DNA of 64,000 nt from Candidatus Micrarchaeota archaeon. GTDB lineage: Archaea; Micrarchaeota; Micrarchaeia; Norongarragalinales; SBBD01. A program made the translations under genes and the position numbers. The notes beneath the pieces are model-generated. The model had not been told where the DNA came from. It worked only from the letters and a program-made list of their open reading frames with translations, and made no database searches. The stretch covers positions 32,001 to 96,000 of the forward strand of contig JAHJQN010000005.1 in NCBI GenBank assembly GCA_018819225.1, given 5' to 3'. Shown one piece after another: positions 10,317 to 19,014 of the stretch (within the stretch, counting starts at the first letter, position 1; every line of letters starts with the position of its first letter).

Positions 10317-10928
10317 CTAAGTCAAATCGTACCAAATGTCGTACGCGTTGTAGTTAGGGGTCTTGGCTACAACGATCTCGTAGTTGATCCGACCGAAGCT
10401 GCTAGTAATGAAGTTGCTGAGGTTCGTGCAGAACCCATAGTTCTCCGTTCCCGCACCAGTGGAATCGAAGATGATGGCCGTGCTGCGCGAGTCCGTTGTG
10501 TTTAACACGCGCATGTTCAACGCACTCCCGCACTGTCCGTCGGATGCGGAAGAATCGAAGTGATTCGCGGTCACGTAATATCCCGTGAGAGAGAAGTTGC
10601 CGTCCGTGGTGCTGTTCGTTGAGGCGTTCACGAACGGTTCCGATGGAGTGACGCCGGTCTCAAAGAAGTACAGTACTCCTGAAGAAACGGGTTTCGTGTA
10701 CAACACGTTGCCTACGGCGGTATTGTTCCGGACTTGCAGAGTCAAATTTCCGTAGAAACCAACGTACTGCTCCATGCGTCCTGTAACGGTCAAGTTGCTG
10801 GACGTTCCGTTATCAGTTGGTGCGGCTACGTTCGTGTTATCCGATTGCTGAATGGCAAATACCATGGTCGCAGCAATAGATATTAAAAACAGAAATACTA
10901 CGACGAATCTCTTATTTATATTCCTCAT
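10317..10928 (-). CDS. Secreted ~200-aa hypothetical protein, paralog SP1
   Basis: Signal peptide; QYVGFYGN, many N-x-S/T sequons, one Cys pair, C-terminal YDIWYDLT; paralog of 49232 and 50688. Confidence 0.88.
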   Translation of the reverse strand: MRNINKRFVVVFLFLISIAATMVFAIQQSDNTNVAAPTDNGTSSNLTVTGRMEQYVGFYGNLTLQVRNNTAVGNVLYTKPVSSGVLYFFETGVTPSEPFVNASTNSTTDGNFSLTGYYVTANHFDSSASDGQCGSALNMRVLNTTDSRSTAIIFDSTGAGTENYGFCTNLSNFITSSFGRINYEIVVAKTPNYNAYDIWYDLT

Positions 10929-10984
10929 TTCCCAACAACACCCCTCGATTTATTGATTTAGATTTAGCATATTCAAAAAAAATA

Positions 10985-11017
10985 TACGAAAATCGTAATA
11001 ATATAGACATATATAAA
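10985..11017 (-). promoter_or_regulatory. TATA box (11017-11010) plus palindromic operator TACGATTTTCGTA (10997-10985) of SP1
   Basis: TTTATATA, 12 nt, perfect TACGA-TTT-TCGTA palindrome; the upstream region is conserved with 50591-50687. Confidence 0.75.
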
Positions 11018-11206
11018 TCTTTCCATTGAGTAAATTAGCTATTATAATAAGAATAAACTAAATCAAATGTGGTTATTACGTTAAAATAGGATAAGAATTG
11101 GATGTAAAGGGGATTAATGACGCGATGGAATAAATTGAAAGCAAGGACTCAAACGATAAGCTAAAAAGTAATCAAAGGCAATAAGGAAAGGAGGTGTAAA
11201 TCGTTC

Positions 11207-11857
11207 ATGAAACTATTTATCGATACCGCTGATCTCAAGGAAATACAGGAGGCTGCACAATGGGGCGTCATTGATGGCGTCACCACCAATCCGTCCCTGG
11301 TAGCGAAAACCGGGAACAAGGATTTCAAACAAGTCGTGCAAGAAATCACGAAGCTCATTGACGGGCCTATTTCAGCTGAAACCATCAGTTCCGATGCCAA
11401 AGGCATGGTTGAAGAAGGACAAAAATACGCGAAGTGGCATAAGAATATCGTCATCAAGGTGCCGATGACGGAGGACGGCATTCAAGCGTGCAAGAAGCTC
11501 GCTGACGAAGGCATTCGAGTCAACGTGACCCTTGTTTTCTCAGCGAACCAAGCTTTGTTGGCAGCCAAGGCCGGAGCGTATTTCGTTAGCCCGTTTGTAG
11601 GCCGAATCGATGACGCAGGAGCTGACGGCATGCAGCTCGTTCGGGACATCGTGCAGATCTACAAGAATTACGGGTTCAAGACGCAGGTTCTCGCAGCCAG
11701 CATTCGCCACCCCGTGCACGTGCTCGATACGGCTAAGGCAGGAGCCGATGTGGCGACGTGCCCGTATAAGGTATTGAAGCAGCTGTTTCGACATCCCCTG
11801 ACGGATAAGGGAGTACGCCAGTTCCTGGATGACTGGAAGAAGCTGCAGAGCGGATAG
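11207..11857 (+). CDS. tal: Transaldolase (TalC/FSA family)
   Basis: [20 protein letters not shown] Schiff-base Lys, NVTLVFS; SPFVGR (Phe) favours transaldolase over FSA; GGAGGTG SD. Confidence 0.92.
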   Translation: MKLFIDTADLKEIQEAAQWGVIDGVTTNPSLVAKTGNKDFKQVVQEITKLIDGPISAETISSDAKGMVEEGQKYAKWHKNIVIKVPMTEDGIQACKKLADEGIRVNVTLVFSANQALLAAKAGAYFVSPFVGRIDDAGADGMQLVRDIVQIYKNYGFKTQVLAASIRHPVHVLDTAKAGADVATCPYKVLKQLFRHPLTDKGVRQFLDDWKKLQSG

Positions 11858-12048
11858 TACAAGCAAGCGCGTTTTAGGAAAATGGCTTAAATATCGTTTC
11901 CAGAACGTGAGATCTGAAACACCCATATTTTTATGGATTTCGAAGCCCATTAAGGCAAATGACGGGTAAAACGTTAAATACTTTGAAATCAAGAATAGGT
12001 TGGGAAGAGAAAACGCAAGAAGGGTTTCGCCTCTTTTAATAAGAGGTG

Positions 12049-12180
12049 ATGAAGATGACGATGGAAGAACTAGTGTTACTTCTAGTCCTCTTGCTCGCCG
12101 CCGTGGTCCTGATTCCGAGATTCTTCGAAAAACAAGGGTCCAGCTCGGCTTTCAAAAAAGGTGAATTACCGCGCTTCTAG
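12049..12180 (+). CDS. Small single-TM peptide (43 aa) MKMTMEELVLLLVLLLAAVVLIPRFFEKQGSSSAFKKGELPRF
   Basis: GAGGTG SD, TATA-like sequence near 11974, one hydrophobic helix; C-terminus shared with the 12416-12534 paralog. Confidence 0.6.
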   Translation: MKMTMEELVLLLVLLLAAVVLIPRFFEKQGSSSAFKKGELPRF

Positions 12181-12204
12181 TGTTCGCGCTATAAAAGGGA
12201 TTGC

Positions 12205-12288
12205 ATGGAAGGAACATTGTTTTTGGGACTGCTCGTCGCCGGATGGATTATTAGCAGCTCGGACTTTGGAGACGCTGCAGTCATATAA
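12205..12288 (+). CDS. Small hydrophobic peptide (27 aa) MEGTLFLGLLVAGWIISSSDFGDAAVI
   Basis: AAGGGA upstream, hydrophobic N-half; short, weak support. Confidence 0.35.
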   Translation: MEGTLFLGLLVAGWIISSSDFGDAAVI

Positions 12289-12415
12289 CCGCCCATCGGA
12301 TGAAAAGGAGCGTTAGTTGCAGCATGACCGGGACCAATAAAACATCACCGCGCATCCGCGGAGAATAGTTGAATATTAGTTACCATATATTAGTAGTAAC
12401 AATCAAGGTAGGAGT

Positions 12416-12534
12416 ATGATCTTTGAACTGATGGCCGTTGGATTCTTGGGCGTTATTCTATACTCCCCGGTCTGACCGATGACCACGCCGGAAAAGAGAG
12501 TCCGCTCATGAAAAGCGAACTCCCGCGATACTAA
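12416..12534 (+). pseudogene. Frameshifted paralog of the 12049 peptide (MIFELMAVGFLGVIL/ILPGLTDDHAGKESPLMKSELPRY)
   Basis: AGGAG SD; adding one base near 12460 gives a 39-aa TM peptide ending KSELPRY, versus KGELPRF in the paralog. Confidence 0.5.
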
Positions 12535-12567
12535 CGACCTTTTTCAAACAAGGTCGATAAAAAAATC
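12535..12567 (-). repeat. Short palindromic element downstream of tRNA-Pro(GGG)
   Basis: TTTTTTTATCGACCTTGTTTGAAAAAGGTCG on minus strand; similar to 14373 and 55842. Confidence 0.65.
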
Positions 12568-12585
12568 TAGGAGCATTAAAAAAAG

Positions 12586-12705
12586 TGGGGCCGCCGAGAT
12601 TTGAACTCGGATCGCTGCCACTCCGGCCTTCACGCGCCTTGCAGCTTTTGGCAGAGCGAGGGAAGGTCCCCAAGGCAGTAGGATGCCAGGTTACCCCACG
12701 GCCCC
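12586..12705 (-). tRNA. tRNA-Pro(GGG) with 47-nt intron at 37/38 (12621-12667)
   Basis: Acceptor GGGGCCG/CGGCCCC, anticodon stem CTGCC/GGCAG, TTCAAAT T-loop; BHB with TTGG:CCGG helix and two 3-nt bulges. Confidence 0.93.
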
Positions 12706-12717
12706 CCCAAAAAAAAC

Positions 12718-12930
12718 TTAGAAGCGCGGATAATGAATGATTTCGTCCACAAGGTCTTCCTGCGAAAGCAGCATTCGGCGGCAGCAATAACGATCAAAAC
12801 CAAACCGGTCCATTGTCTTGCCCGCATCCGCTTCCTTACCCAGTTCCTTGGCACGCTCCAAATCCTCGCGGTACTCGTAATACTTGTCTGCCACGACCTT
12901 ACCGCACGTAAAACAACGAACCGGACACAT
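12718..12930 (-). CDS. rpoN: RNA polymerase subunit N (Rpo10)
   Basis: PVRCFTCGK, RYCCRRMLL. Confidence 0.97.
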   Translation of the reverse strand: MCPVRCFTCGKVVADKYYEYREDLERAKELGKEADAGKTMDRFGFDRYCCRRMLLSQEDLVDEIIHYPRF

Positions 12931-13124
12931 CATCGTTTCTTTCGCCTCTTTTTAAGAAAATCCTTCAACCCCTTTTCTTCAACATTCAATGGAACACCTC
13001 TCCAAAGACATTCATCGCACTCATAAACGCCCATGTGTTCGACGACGCCTGGTACAGCCACGTCGCTGAACGAAGGCGTGCGGAGTTTCGTACTCCAACA
13101 TTCCGGGCAGACATTGATTCTCAT
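12930..13124 (-). CDS. Small zinc-ribbon protein
   Basis: CPEC...CDEC, basic tail; lies within the ribosomal operon. Confidence 0.7.
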   Translation of the reverse strand: MRINVCPECWSTKLRTPSFSDVAVPGVVEHMGVYECDECLWRGVPLNVEEKGLKDFLKKRRKKR

Positions 13125-13127
13125 GGT

Positions 13128-13553
13128 TTAACGGTACGACTTTGTAAATCTCGCGCGCGCTTTCGGTCCCTTGAACTTTTTGGGTTCCACGCGTCGCGGG
13201 TCCTCGACGAGCAGTGACCGATCGTAAGTCATGAACTGCTCTCGCAACGAATCATTCTTCGAGTATTGAACGATTGCGCGGGCTACCGCGGTTCGGGCGG
13301 CTTGCGCCTGACCTGAAAATCCTCCGCCGCGCACGTTCACATGCACGTCGAAATCAGGATGGTCAATAAACTGCAACGGCTCGCTGACGACCTCACGCAT
13401 GAACGGCGAATCGTGGGCGGTCAGCAACAATCCATTGATGTAAATTTTTCCGCTTCCGGGTTGAATGGATGCACGCGCAATGGCTTCCTTTCGCTTGCCG
13501 CGCGTCACCAGGGACTTCTTCTTTTTTCGTTTCTTTTTCTCTTCATCGGTCAT
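13128..13553 (-). CDS. rps9: 30S ribosomal protein S9 (uS9)
   Basis: GKRKEAIARA, GGGFSGQA, DRSLLVEDPRRVEPKKFKGPKARARFTKSYR. Confidence 0.97.
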   Translation of the reverse strand: MTDEEKKKRKKKKSLVTRGKRKEAIARASIQPGSGKIYINGLLLTAHDSPFMREVVSEPLQFIDHPDFDVHVNVRGGGFSGQAQAARTAVARAIVQYSKNDSLREQFMTYDRSLLVEDPRRVEPKKFKGPKARARFTKSYR

Positions 13554-13567
13554 AATCGTTCCATCCT

Positions 13568-13972
13568 CTAAATGCGTGTGCACAATTCCTCCAAAGAAAT
13601 AAATCGACAGGTTAGGGAATCCGATACGGCCTTAAATCGTTTCGCCTTTCCCGCATACTCCGAAGGCGCGCCACGGTAAGCCATGACGCGCTTGAGGGCC
13701 TGCGTTCCACGTTCGGAATGCTTGGGGAGCATGCCCCTCACGATTCGCTTGAACAAATAGTCTTCACGCTTCGGCCACTTCGTGCTCTGATCCGGGTTGG
13801 CCTTGTTTTGAATGCGACGGCGCTTCATGTAGCGTTCAACGATCGCCTTGGGATCACCGGATAAAACGGCTTTCTCAATATGAATGATGATCACGTCTTC
13901 GCCTTCCAGCGCGGCCTTGGCCGCAGTGGCCGCCAAGCGTCCGACAATGGCTTGAGAAGCATCAATAATCAT
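13568..13972 (-). CDS. rpl13: 50S ribosomal protein L13 (uL13)
   Basis: IIDA...GRLA, KRIVRGMLP. Confidence 0.95.
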   Translation of the reverse strand: MIIDASQAIVGRLAATAAKAALEGEDVIIIHIEKAVLSGDPKAIVERYMKRRRIQNKANPDQSTKWPKREDYLFKRIVRGMLPKHSERGTQALKRVMAYRGAPSEYAGKAKRFKAVSDSLTCRFISLEELCTRI

Positions 13973-14335
13973 TTATATCACGATGATAACGCGGGATCCC
14001 TTCGGATCTTTTTTTACGAGTTCGGGAATGGACATAACCGTACAGGACGCTTTCCGCAGTTTTTCTGCTGCGGGTTTCGCGATTTGATACGCGGCGACCG
14101 TGAATTTTTTCCGCAGGGTTCCATTGCCCAATACTTTTCCGGGAACCAATAATATTTTGTCATCATGCGCAAGAAGGTTCAGTTTGACGAGGTTGACTTC
14201 CACGCGGCGACGGCGCGGTCGGTTGAGTAATTCCACGGCGCGGTACCAGATGCCCGCCTTTTGCGCACTAGACGCTTTCGTCAACAAGCGTATCAACCGC
14301 CTGAGTTCCGGAATTTCCGTACCGCGTTTTACCAT
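13973..14335 (-). CDS. rpl18e: 50S ribosomal protein L18e
   Basis: RPRRRRVEVNLVKLN, VPGKVLGNG; the track's upstream extension overlaps the tRNA and repeats. Confidence 0.95.
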   Translation of the reverse strand: MVKRGTEIPELRRLIRLLTKASSAQKAGIWYRAVELLNRPRRRRVEVNLVKLNLLAHDDKILLVPGKVLGNGTLRKKFTVAAYQIAKPAAEKLRKASCTVMSIPELVKKDPKGSRVIIVI

Positions 14336-14372
14336 TTTATTCACTTTTACAAATATTATTTTTGAATGCGAC

Positions 14373-14444
14373 TTTTTGATCGACCTTTTTTGAAAAACAT
14401 CATTTTCTTTTGGTGAAGCTTTTCTTTTCGAAAGAAAAGGTTCG
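14373..14444 (+). repeat. Two tandem short palindromic elements next to the tRNA-Leu 3' end
   Basis: TTTTTGATCGACCTTTTTTGAAAA (partial) and TTTTGGTGAAGCTTTTCTTTTCGAAAGAAAAGGTTCG. Confidence 0.6.
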
Positions 14445-14446
14445 TA

Positions 14447-14566
14447 TGCAGGGGCGGGGATTTTCATCGTTTTTCTCGAACGGAAAAAAACGGTTTTGAA
14501 CCCCGGCATCCTCTACGGAACAGAGACCTCAACCCTGCGCATTTGACCAGACTCTGCCACCCCTGC
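14447..14566 (-). tRNA. tRNA-Leu(GAG) with 34-nt T-loop intron at 59/60 (14461-14494)
   Basis: GCAGGGG/CCCCTGC acceptor, CAGGG-TTGAGGT-CTCTG anticodon arm, long variable arm; TTCA:TGAA BHB helix. Confidence 0.92.
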
Positions 14567-14569
14567 ATC

Positions 14570-14818
14570 TCAGGTTATCATGATGCGTTGGATCGCGTCT
14601 TCGTCGGACATGCCCTCGAACTGAACCGCTTTCTTGCGGGTTTGAGCGCCTCGGATGAGACGCACGCGCGCTCCCGATCGCTTCTCCAGCTCGTGAAGAA
14701 GTTCCCGGTTGGCGCGTTCGTTGGTGGGCGGGCTTCGAAGCCAGACCTTCAAACCATTTTCGAAGGCGGCGACGGAAAACCGCTTGGCATTGGGCACGAC
14801 GCGAATGTTCATGATCAT
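14570..14818 (-). CDS. DUF167/YggU family protein
   Basis: IRVVPNAK, LRSPPTNERANRELL, LIRGAQTRKK. Confidence 0.88.
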   Translation of the reverse strand: MIMNIRVVPNAKRFSVAAFENGLKVWLRSPPTNERANRELLHELEKRSGARVRLIRGAQTRKKAVQFEGMSDEDAIQRIMIT

Positions 14819-14860
14819 TTCCTTTCGATAAATTTTCACCAATTAATATTCTCAATTATT

Positions 14861-15517
14861 TTATTTGAGTTCTTTGACGGCTTCCAATGCGTCGAGTTTG
14901 GCTTGCAATAACGTGAGGGCGCGTTTGAGGTGATCCGCGGCACGCACATTGTTGTAACTTTCCACGAAGAAAATGTACTCGTCCTCCCGGAATTCTTCCG
15001 GAATGCCTTTCGAGTCGCTCTTATCCACTTCCGCCAATTCTTTGACGCTGCGTTTGAGGGGGACGAGGCTGTAGGACGCCAGCACGCTCTGAAATTTGGC
15101 ATGCTGTTTTCCCTTGCCTTTAATGGCGAATCCCTCAAAGCGCAAGCGCTGGTCGGCCGCCAATTTGATGATCGGAATGTTTTCGTTGAACACGCGAATT
15201 TTTTCGTCGTTGCTGCGCATATCCCGCGAGTACACCATGCACGGGCCTTCCGCGTTCATGGAAAACGTGACTTCAGCGTCGTCGGCAACGGATTCCTCCC
15301 AAGTCAGGGGAACGAGTCCGATGCGATTCGCCAAGTATTCGTTGAACATGGCGGAATTGTTTTCATAGAAATCCACGCGATCAATCGCATAGCTCTCGAG
15401 CTCGGATAGCATCGTGCGACGCAATGCGTTCATCAAGCCGACGCGGGTCTTCTTGACGTGAAGCTGCAGCTTAAAACCATCCTCTTTCAATACGTCCAAC
15501 TGCATTTTCATATCCAC
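14861..15517 (-). CDS. rpoD: RNA polymerase subunit D (Rpo3)
   Basis: NALRRTML, NNSAMFNEYLANRIGLVPL, GKGKQHAKFQ; no Cys-rich Fe-S domain. Confidence 0.95.
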   Translation of the reverse strand: MDMKMQLDVLKEDGFKLQLHVKKTRVGLMNALRRTMLSELESYAIDRVDFYENNSAMFNEYLANRIGLVPLTWEESVADDAEVTFSMNAEGPCMVYSRDMRSNDEKIRVFNENIPIIKLAADQRLRFEGFAIKGKGKQHAKFQSVLASYSLVPLKRSVKELAEVDKSDSKGIPEEFREDEYIFFVESYNNVRAADHLKRALTLLQAKLDALEAVKELK

Positions 15518-15526
15518 CCATGCGTT

Positions 15527-16069
15527 TTAAACTCGGCGACCCCTCTTTCCGCCGCGTCGTTTCGTGCTGTCGGTTGGAACCGGAGTCACGTCTTCAATTT
15601 TTCCGATGCGTAGCCCGCTTCGCGCCAACGCTCGAATCGCGGCTTGGGCACCGCTTCCCGGCGTCTTGGTTCGGTGTCCGCCGGGGGCGCGAACGCGAAT
15701 ATTTATGCCCACGAGTCCCCGTTCCTTGGCTTTCTCGGCGCACTTGAATGAGGCTTGCATCGCCGCGTACGGAGAACCTTCTTCGCGGTCGTTCTTGACG
15801 ACCATTCCTCCGCTCGCCACGGCAATGGTTTCGGCCCCGCTTAAGTCCGTGACCGTGATAATCGTGTCGTTCTTGCTGCTGAAAATGTGGGCAACGCCCC
15901 ACCGGCCTTCTTTCTGAATGTACTTGCGATCGAATCGGTCGCGAGAACTACCTGAACGACCGGAAAAGCTTCGGCTCGATGCACTGGCGGGTCGCGTCGG
16001 CAGCGACGCACGCGAAGGGGCCGCGGTTTCCGGTTTAATGGGTTCTTTGATTGAATCGTCTTCGGCCAT
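15527..16069 (-). CDS. rps11: 30S ribosomal protein S11 (uS11) with N-terminal extension
   Basis: [47 protein letters not shown]. Confidence 0.97.
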   Translation of the reverse strand: MAEDDSIKEPIKPETAAPSRASLPTRPASASSRSFSGRSGSSRDRFDRKYIQKEGRWGVAHIFSSKNDTIITVTDLSGAETIAVASGGMVVKNDREEGSPYAAMQASFKCAEKAKERGLVGINIRVRAPGGHRTKTPGSGAQAAIRALARSGLRIGKIEDVTPVPTDSTKRRGGKRGRRV

Positions 16070-16074
16070 GAGGT

Positions 16075-16635
16075 TCACGCTGCAGTCTTTTCAAGTTGCT
16101 TCACGTCCGAAATGTCGGGAGTGAGAGGTTCGTCTTCTGGTTTCGGGACCGGTTCCACGTTGATTTTGTGTCCGTGCCAATTGATTTCATCTTCCTCCAC
16201 GTATTTCACGAGGTAGGAAGGAGAAGAAATGCGCTTTCCTTTAACGGTCAAATGCCCGTGCGAAATGAATTGACGGCTTTGTTTGATGGTTTTCGCGAAA
16301 TGTTTCTTGTGCGCAATGGTTTGCAATCTCCGATCGAGCACGTCTCGAACCGTCAATGAAAGCACGTCATCGAGCGTGGGGGTTTCTTTGCGAATCAGGA
16401 AGCCCTTCATGCGTTTGATCAACTGTTCTTTTCGGCGCTCCACATCCTTACCGCGCGCGGAAAGCAATCGGCGGGCTTCACGGCGGATCTTTCGAAGTAA
16501 CGTCTGCATTTTCCACAATTCTTTTGCGTTCTTTAAACCGTATTCCTCGCGCAGTTTGCTCTCGCTCTCGATTCGCTGCTTGTCCCACAGCCTACGCGGC
16601 TTCTCATATTGTTTTCGCAAGCGCTTGGCTCCCAT
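16075..16635 (-). CDS. rps4: 30S ribosomal protein S4 (uS4)
   Basis: [28 protein letters not shown]. Confidence 0.96.
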   Translation of the reverse strand: MGAKRLRKQYEKPRRLWDKQRIESESKLREEYGLKNAKELWKMQTLLRKIRREARRLLSARGKDVERRKEQLIKRMKGFLIRKETPTLDDVLSLTVRDVLDRRLQTIAHKKHFAKTIKQSRQFISHGHLTVKGKRISSPSYLVKYVEEDEINWHGHKINVEPVPKPEDEPLTPDISDVKQLEKTAA

Positions 16636-16640
16636 TCAAC

Positions 16641-17225
16641 TCACTTCTTTTCCTTCTTCTCTTCGCCACCCGCTGCGGCAGCCGCCTTTTGTTCCTTAAT
16701 GGATTTGCGCAGGACGCCGACGGTCATTCCGCTTCGGCCGGTGGTCCGCGTGTGCTGGCCGCGCACTTTTTGGCCGAGGGAGTGTCTCCAGCCTCTCCAC
16801 GAACGCATGTCCTTTTCTTTCTGCACATCGGTTCGGACGGCAAACACTAAATCGTTCATGAGCACGTGTTGGGCCCTGCCGGTTTCGGCCGATTTGCTTC
16901 GGTTCAACGAGAACTCGGGAATCCCGTGCTGGGAAGGCATTCTCAACATTTCATCAATTTTATCGATCTGTTCGTCCGTCAAGTCCCCGCAACGCATTTG
17001 GAGCGGTAACTTCAATTCGTTTCGGATGACGCGTTCCATGGCATAAGCGAGATTGGATCCCACGCCGCGTACGCGCAATAGTCCTCGGTACAACAGCATG
17101 TGGCCGTCAACGTCCTTTCCGGCGATACGAATGACGCCTCGAAAATTCTCGTCCTCTGCCTTTTCGGGCTTCGCTTGCACGGAAGGCGCGCGCGGGCCTT
17201 TTTTCTTAAATTCTTTCTTCGCCAT
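16641..17225 (-). CDS. rps13: 30S ribosomal protein S13 (uS13)
   Basis: RGVG, WRGWRHSLGQKVRGQHTRTTGR. Confidence 0.97.
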   Translation of the reverse strand: MAKKEFKKKGPRAPSVQAKPEKAEDENFRGVIRIAGKDVDGHMLLYRGLLRVRGVGSNLAYAMERVIRNELKLPLQMRCGDLTDEQIDKIDEMLRMPSQHGIPEFSLNRSKSAETGRAQHVLMNDLVFAVRTDVQKEKDMRSWRGWRHSLGQKVRGQHTRTTGRSGMTVGVLRKSIKEQKAAAAAGGEEKKEKK

Positions 17226-17244
17226 ACTTCATCAAAACATCAAG

Positions 17245-17464
17245 CGCCGGGACTGGGATTTACGCCCCTCTCTCTATTGGCGCGATCAACGCAATGGCTT
17301 TCTTCAGGGAATATACCATTCCCGGAAACAGCGTTTGAGGCAACCTCTTGAGTCAGAGGATTCGAACCCAGGAGTCCTTGCGGACACCAGCTCTCCCACG
17401 TTTTCTGCCTGCTCGGGAGAAATACGTTTCCAGGCTGGCGCTTTAACCACTCAGCCATCCCGGC
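17245..17464 (-). tRNA. tRNA-Ser(GGA) with two introns: 35 nt at 37/38 (17393-17427) and 102 nt at 59/60 (17259-17360)
   Basis: GCCGGGA/TCCCGGC acceptor, G73, CCAGC/GCTGG anticodon stem, variable arm GTCC-GCAA-GGAC; removing both introns gives an 83-nt cloverleaf. Confidence 0.9.
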
Positions 17465-17517
17465 ACGTGAACTAACATTCTTCCAACCTACCTTTATAAG
17501 GTTATCGACTCCCGGGC

Positions 17518-17961
17518 ATGAAAAAGCGATTTAAAGCCTGCGTCCGTTATTTTGACGTGGACCTCAAGGAAAAGGATATCCGGCTGAAAAAGCTGTGGAA
17601 AAAGTTGAACGACGCCCTATTAGTCGTGGAAGGAAAGCATGACGTAGCGGCTTTGAGGGAAGTGGGCGTGTACGCACCCGTGATCACCGCGAATGGAAAA
17701 CCCGAGCGCATCGTCCAAAAAGTGATTGCGCAGGCGCGAGGTAAGCCCGTCGTATTATTGTTTGATTACGATCGGGAAGGCACGCGCAAGACGCTGTTTT
17801 ACAACGAATTATTTTTCGCGGAGGACTGCAACGCGGACCTGCAGCCGCACAAGCAGTTGAAACAACTGCTGCCGTTAAACACGATCGAGGATTTGCCGAC
17901 GGCGTACTACGACGTGATGGAAGAGATTGCTCTCGAGAAACGCGTCCGAAAAAACGTTTAG
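17518..17961 (+). CDS. Small TOPRIM-domain protein
   Basis: LVVEGKHD...LFDYDREG; start may be GTG 17557. Confidence 0.85.
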   Translation: MKKRFKACVRYFDVDLKEKDIRLKKLWKKLNDALLVVEGKHDVAALREVGVYAPVITANGKPERIVQKVIAQARGKPVVLLFDYDREGTRKTLFYNELFFAEDCNADLQPHKQLKQLLPLNTIEDLPTAYYDVMEEIALEKRVRKNV

Positions 17962-18437
17962 AGAATGCGAATGACGCGACGCGCTTGCTCTCTGGAAAGC
18001 CCGAAAAACGTGACGGCAACGGATTCCCATTCCCGCGCACTGCGCTCGTCTTCCTTCGCCTGCGGTTCCGATACGAGAACGAACGCCGCATTCAAGCGCA
18101 AGCACAGCGAAAGAAATCGACGGTATTTATAGAGGCGGCGCGCGCGCGGACCGATAGGCAAATGCAACAATGAAGTCAACGGTAATTCTATGGAAACCCG
18201 TGCTTCCTTGGCGAGTTGAACGAAACCGTTTTCCCGGTGAAATGAAGGCACGCGCGTTGGATTGACGGAGGCCGGATGGCGGCGTAGGGCTTCTTTCAGC
18301 CATTCGATGTGCTCGCTTTCCACGCGCGCGTGAGGGGGTAAGCGATGCACGTCCGCCCGCGATGTTAGAAATATTACACTATTTTTTTGGTGCACGCCAA
18401 CCCCTTTTTTTCGCAGCGTCTTCGATGAGTCGCTCAA
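17958..18437 (-). CDS. RNase P protein subunit Rpp30, divergent and short; start uncertain
   Basis: QLAKEARVSIELPLTSLL...RARRL...FVLVSE...RSARE...FGLSREQA pattern; near L15e as is usual in archaea. Confidence 0.7.
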   Translation of the reverse strand: MSDSSKTLRKKGVGVHQKNSVIFLTSRADVHRLPPHARVESEHIEWLKEALRRHPASVNPTRVPSFHRENGFVQLAKEARVSIELPLTSLLHLPIGPRARRLYKYRRFLSLCLRLNAAFVLVSEPQAKEDERSAREWESVAVTFFGLSREQARRVIRIL

Positions 18438-19008
18438 AGGCGCCGTGCCTCATGGATTCAAGCGTATGATGAATTTCGGGATAAAACCGCCAATGGTTAT
18501 GATGCGCCAGCGTTCCCAAAACAGCATTGAAGAAATCGTGAGAGTGCTTTGGACCCATATTCGAAATGATGCTCAATGCTCGCTTTTTTTGAATAAGAGA
18601 CCTTTGAGGTTCAAGCAGGGTTCGAAGAGCGGTTCCCGCGAATCGTGCGTCGGGTCCAAAACGTTTTAATGCCCTTTCCGCTTCGTGCTGCACCTGTTCA
18701 TTGCCATATAATAAAATCCATCCAGCGCTGAGTGCGAGTCGTTGGTCTCCTAATGCTCGAATGGTGCGCGCTATTCGAACCACTTCCTCATGCTGGTGGT
18801 TGCGAATCATGGGAGCCATTAACCGATTAATCCTTTCATTGACTTGAAGAATACCGTGTTGTTCGATTTCTCCACTCAGAAATTCTCGTGCATCCGCCAG
18901 TATTCTTCCAGTAATCCGGCGGGAATGCAATCGAGAATAGGATGCTTGAAGTCTCTCGGGAAGCTTCCGAATCCCGCTTAACGGTAAGTCAACAATACGG
19001 TCGTCCAT
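18379..19008 (-). CDS. Basic helical hypothetical protein (HEAT-like repeats possible)
   Basis: 209-aa ORF co-oriented between L15e and Rpp30. Confidence 0.65.
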   Translation of the reverse strand: MDDRIVDLPLSGIRKLPERLQASYSRLHSRRITGRILADAREFLSGEIEQHGILQVNERINRLMAPMIRNHQHEEVVRIARTIRALGDQRLALSAGWILLYGNEQVQHEAERALKRFGPDARFAGTALRTLLEPQRSLIQKKRALSIISNMGPKHSHDFFNAVLGTLAHHNHWRFYPEIHHTLESMRHGAFERLIEDAAKKRGWRAPKK

Positions 19009-19014
19009 AACGCG

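Noticed and set aside
10317-10928. Diversity-generating retroelement TR/VR pair (SP1 vs SP3)
   Set aside because: Differences are not adenine-specific, both copies are full genes, and no reverse transcriptase is in the window
12049-12180. Class III (pilin) signal peptide in the MEELVLLL peptide
   Set aside because: No K/R-G/A cleavage motif before the hydrophobic stretch
14336-14509. N-terminal extension of L18e in the track
   Set aside because: Runs through tRNA-Leu and the palindromic repeats; the real start is 14335
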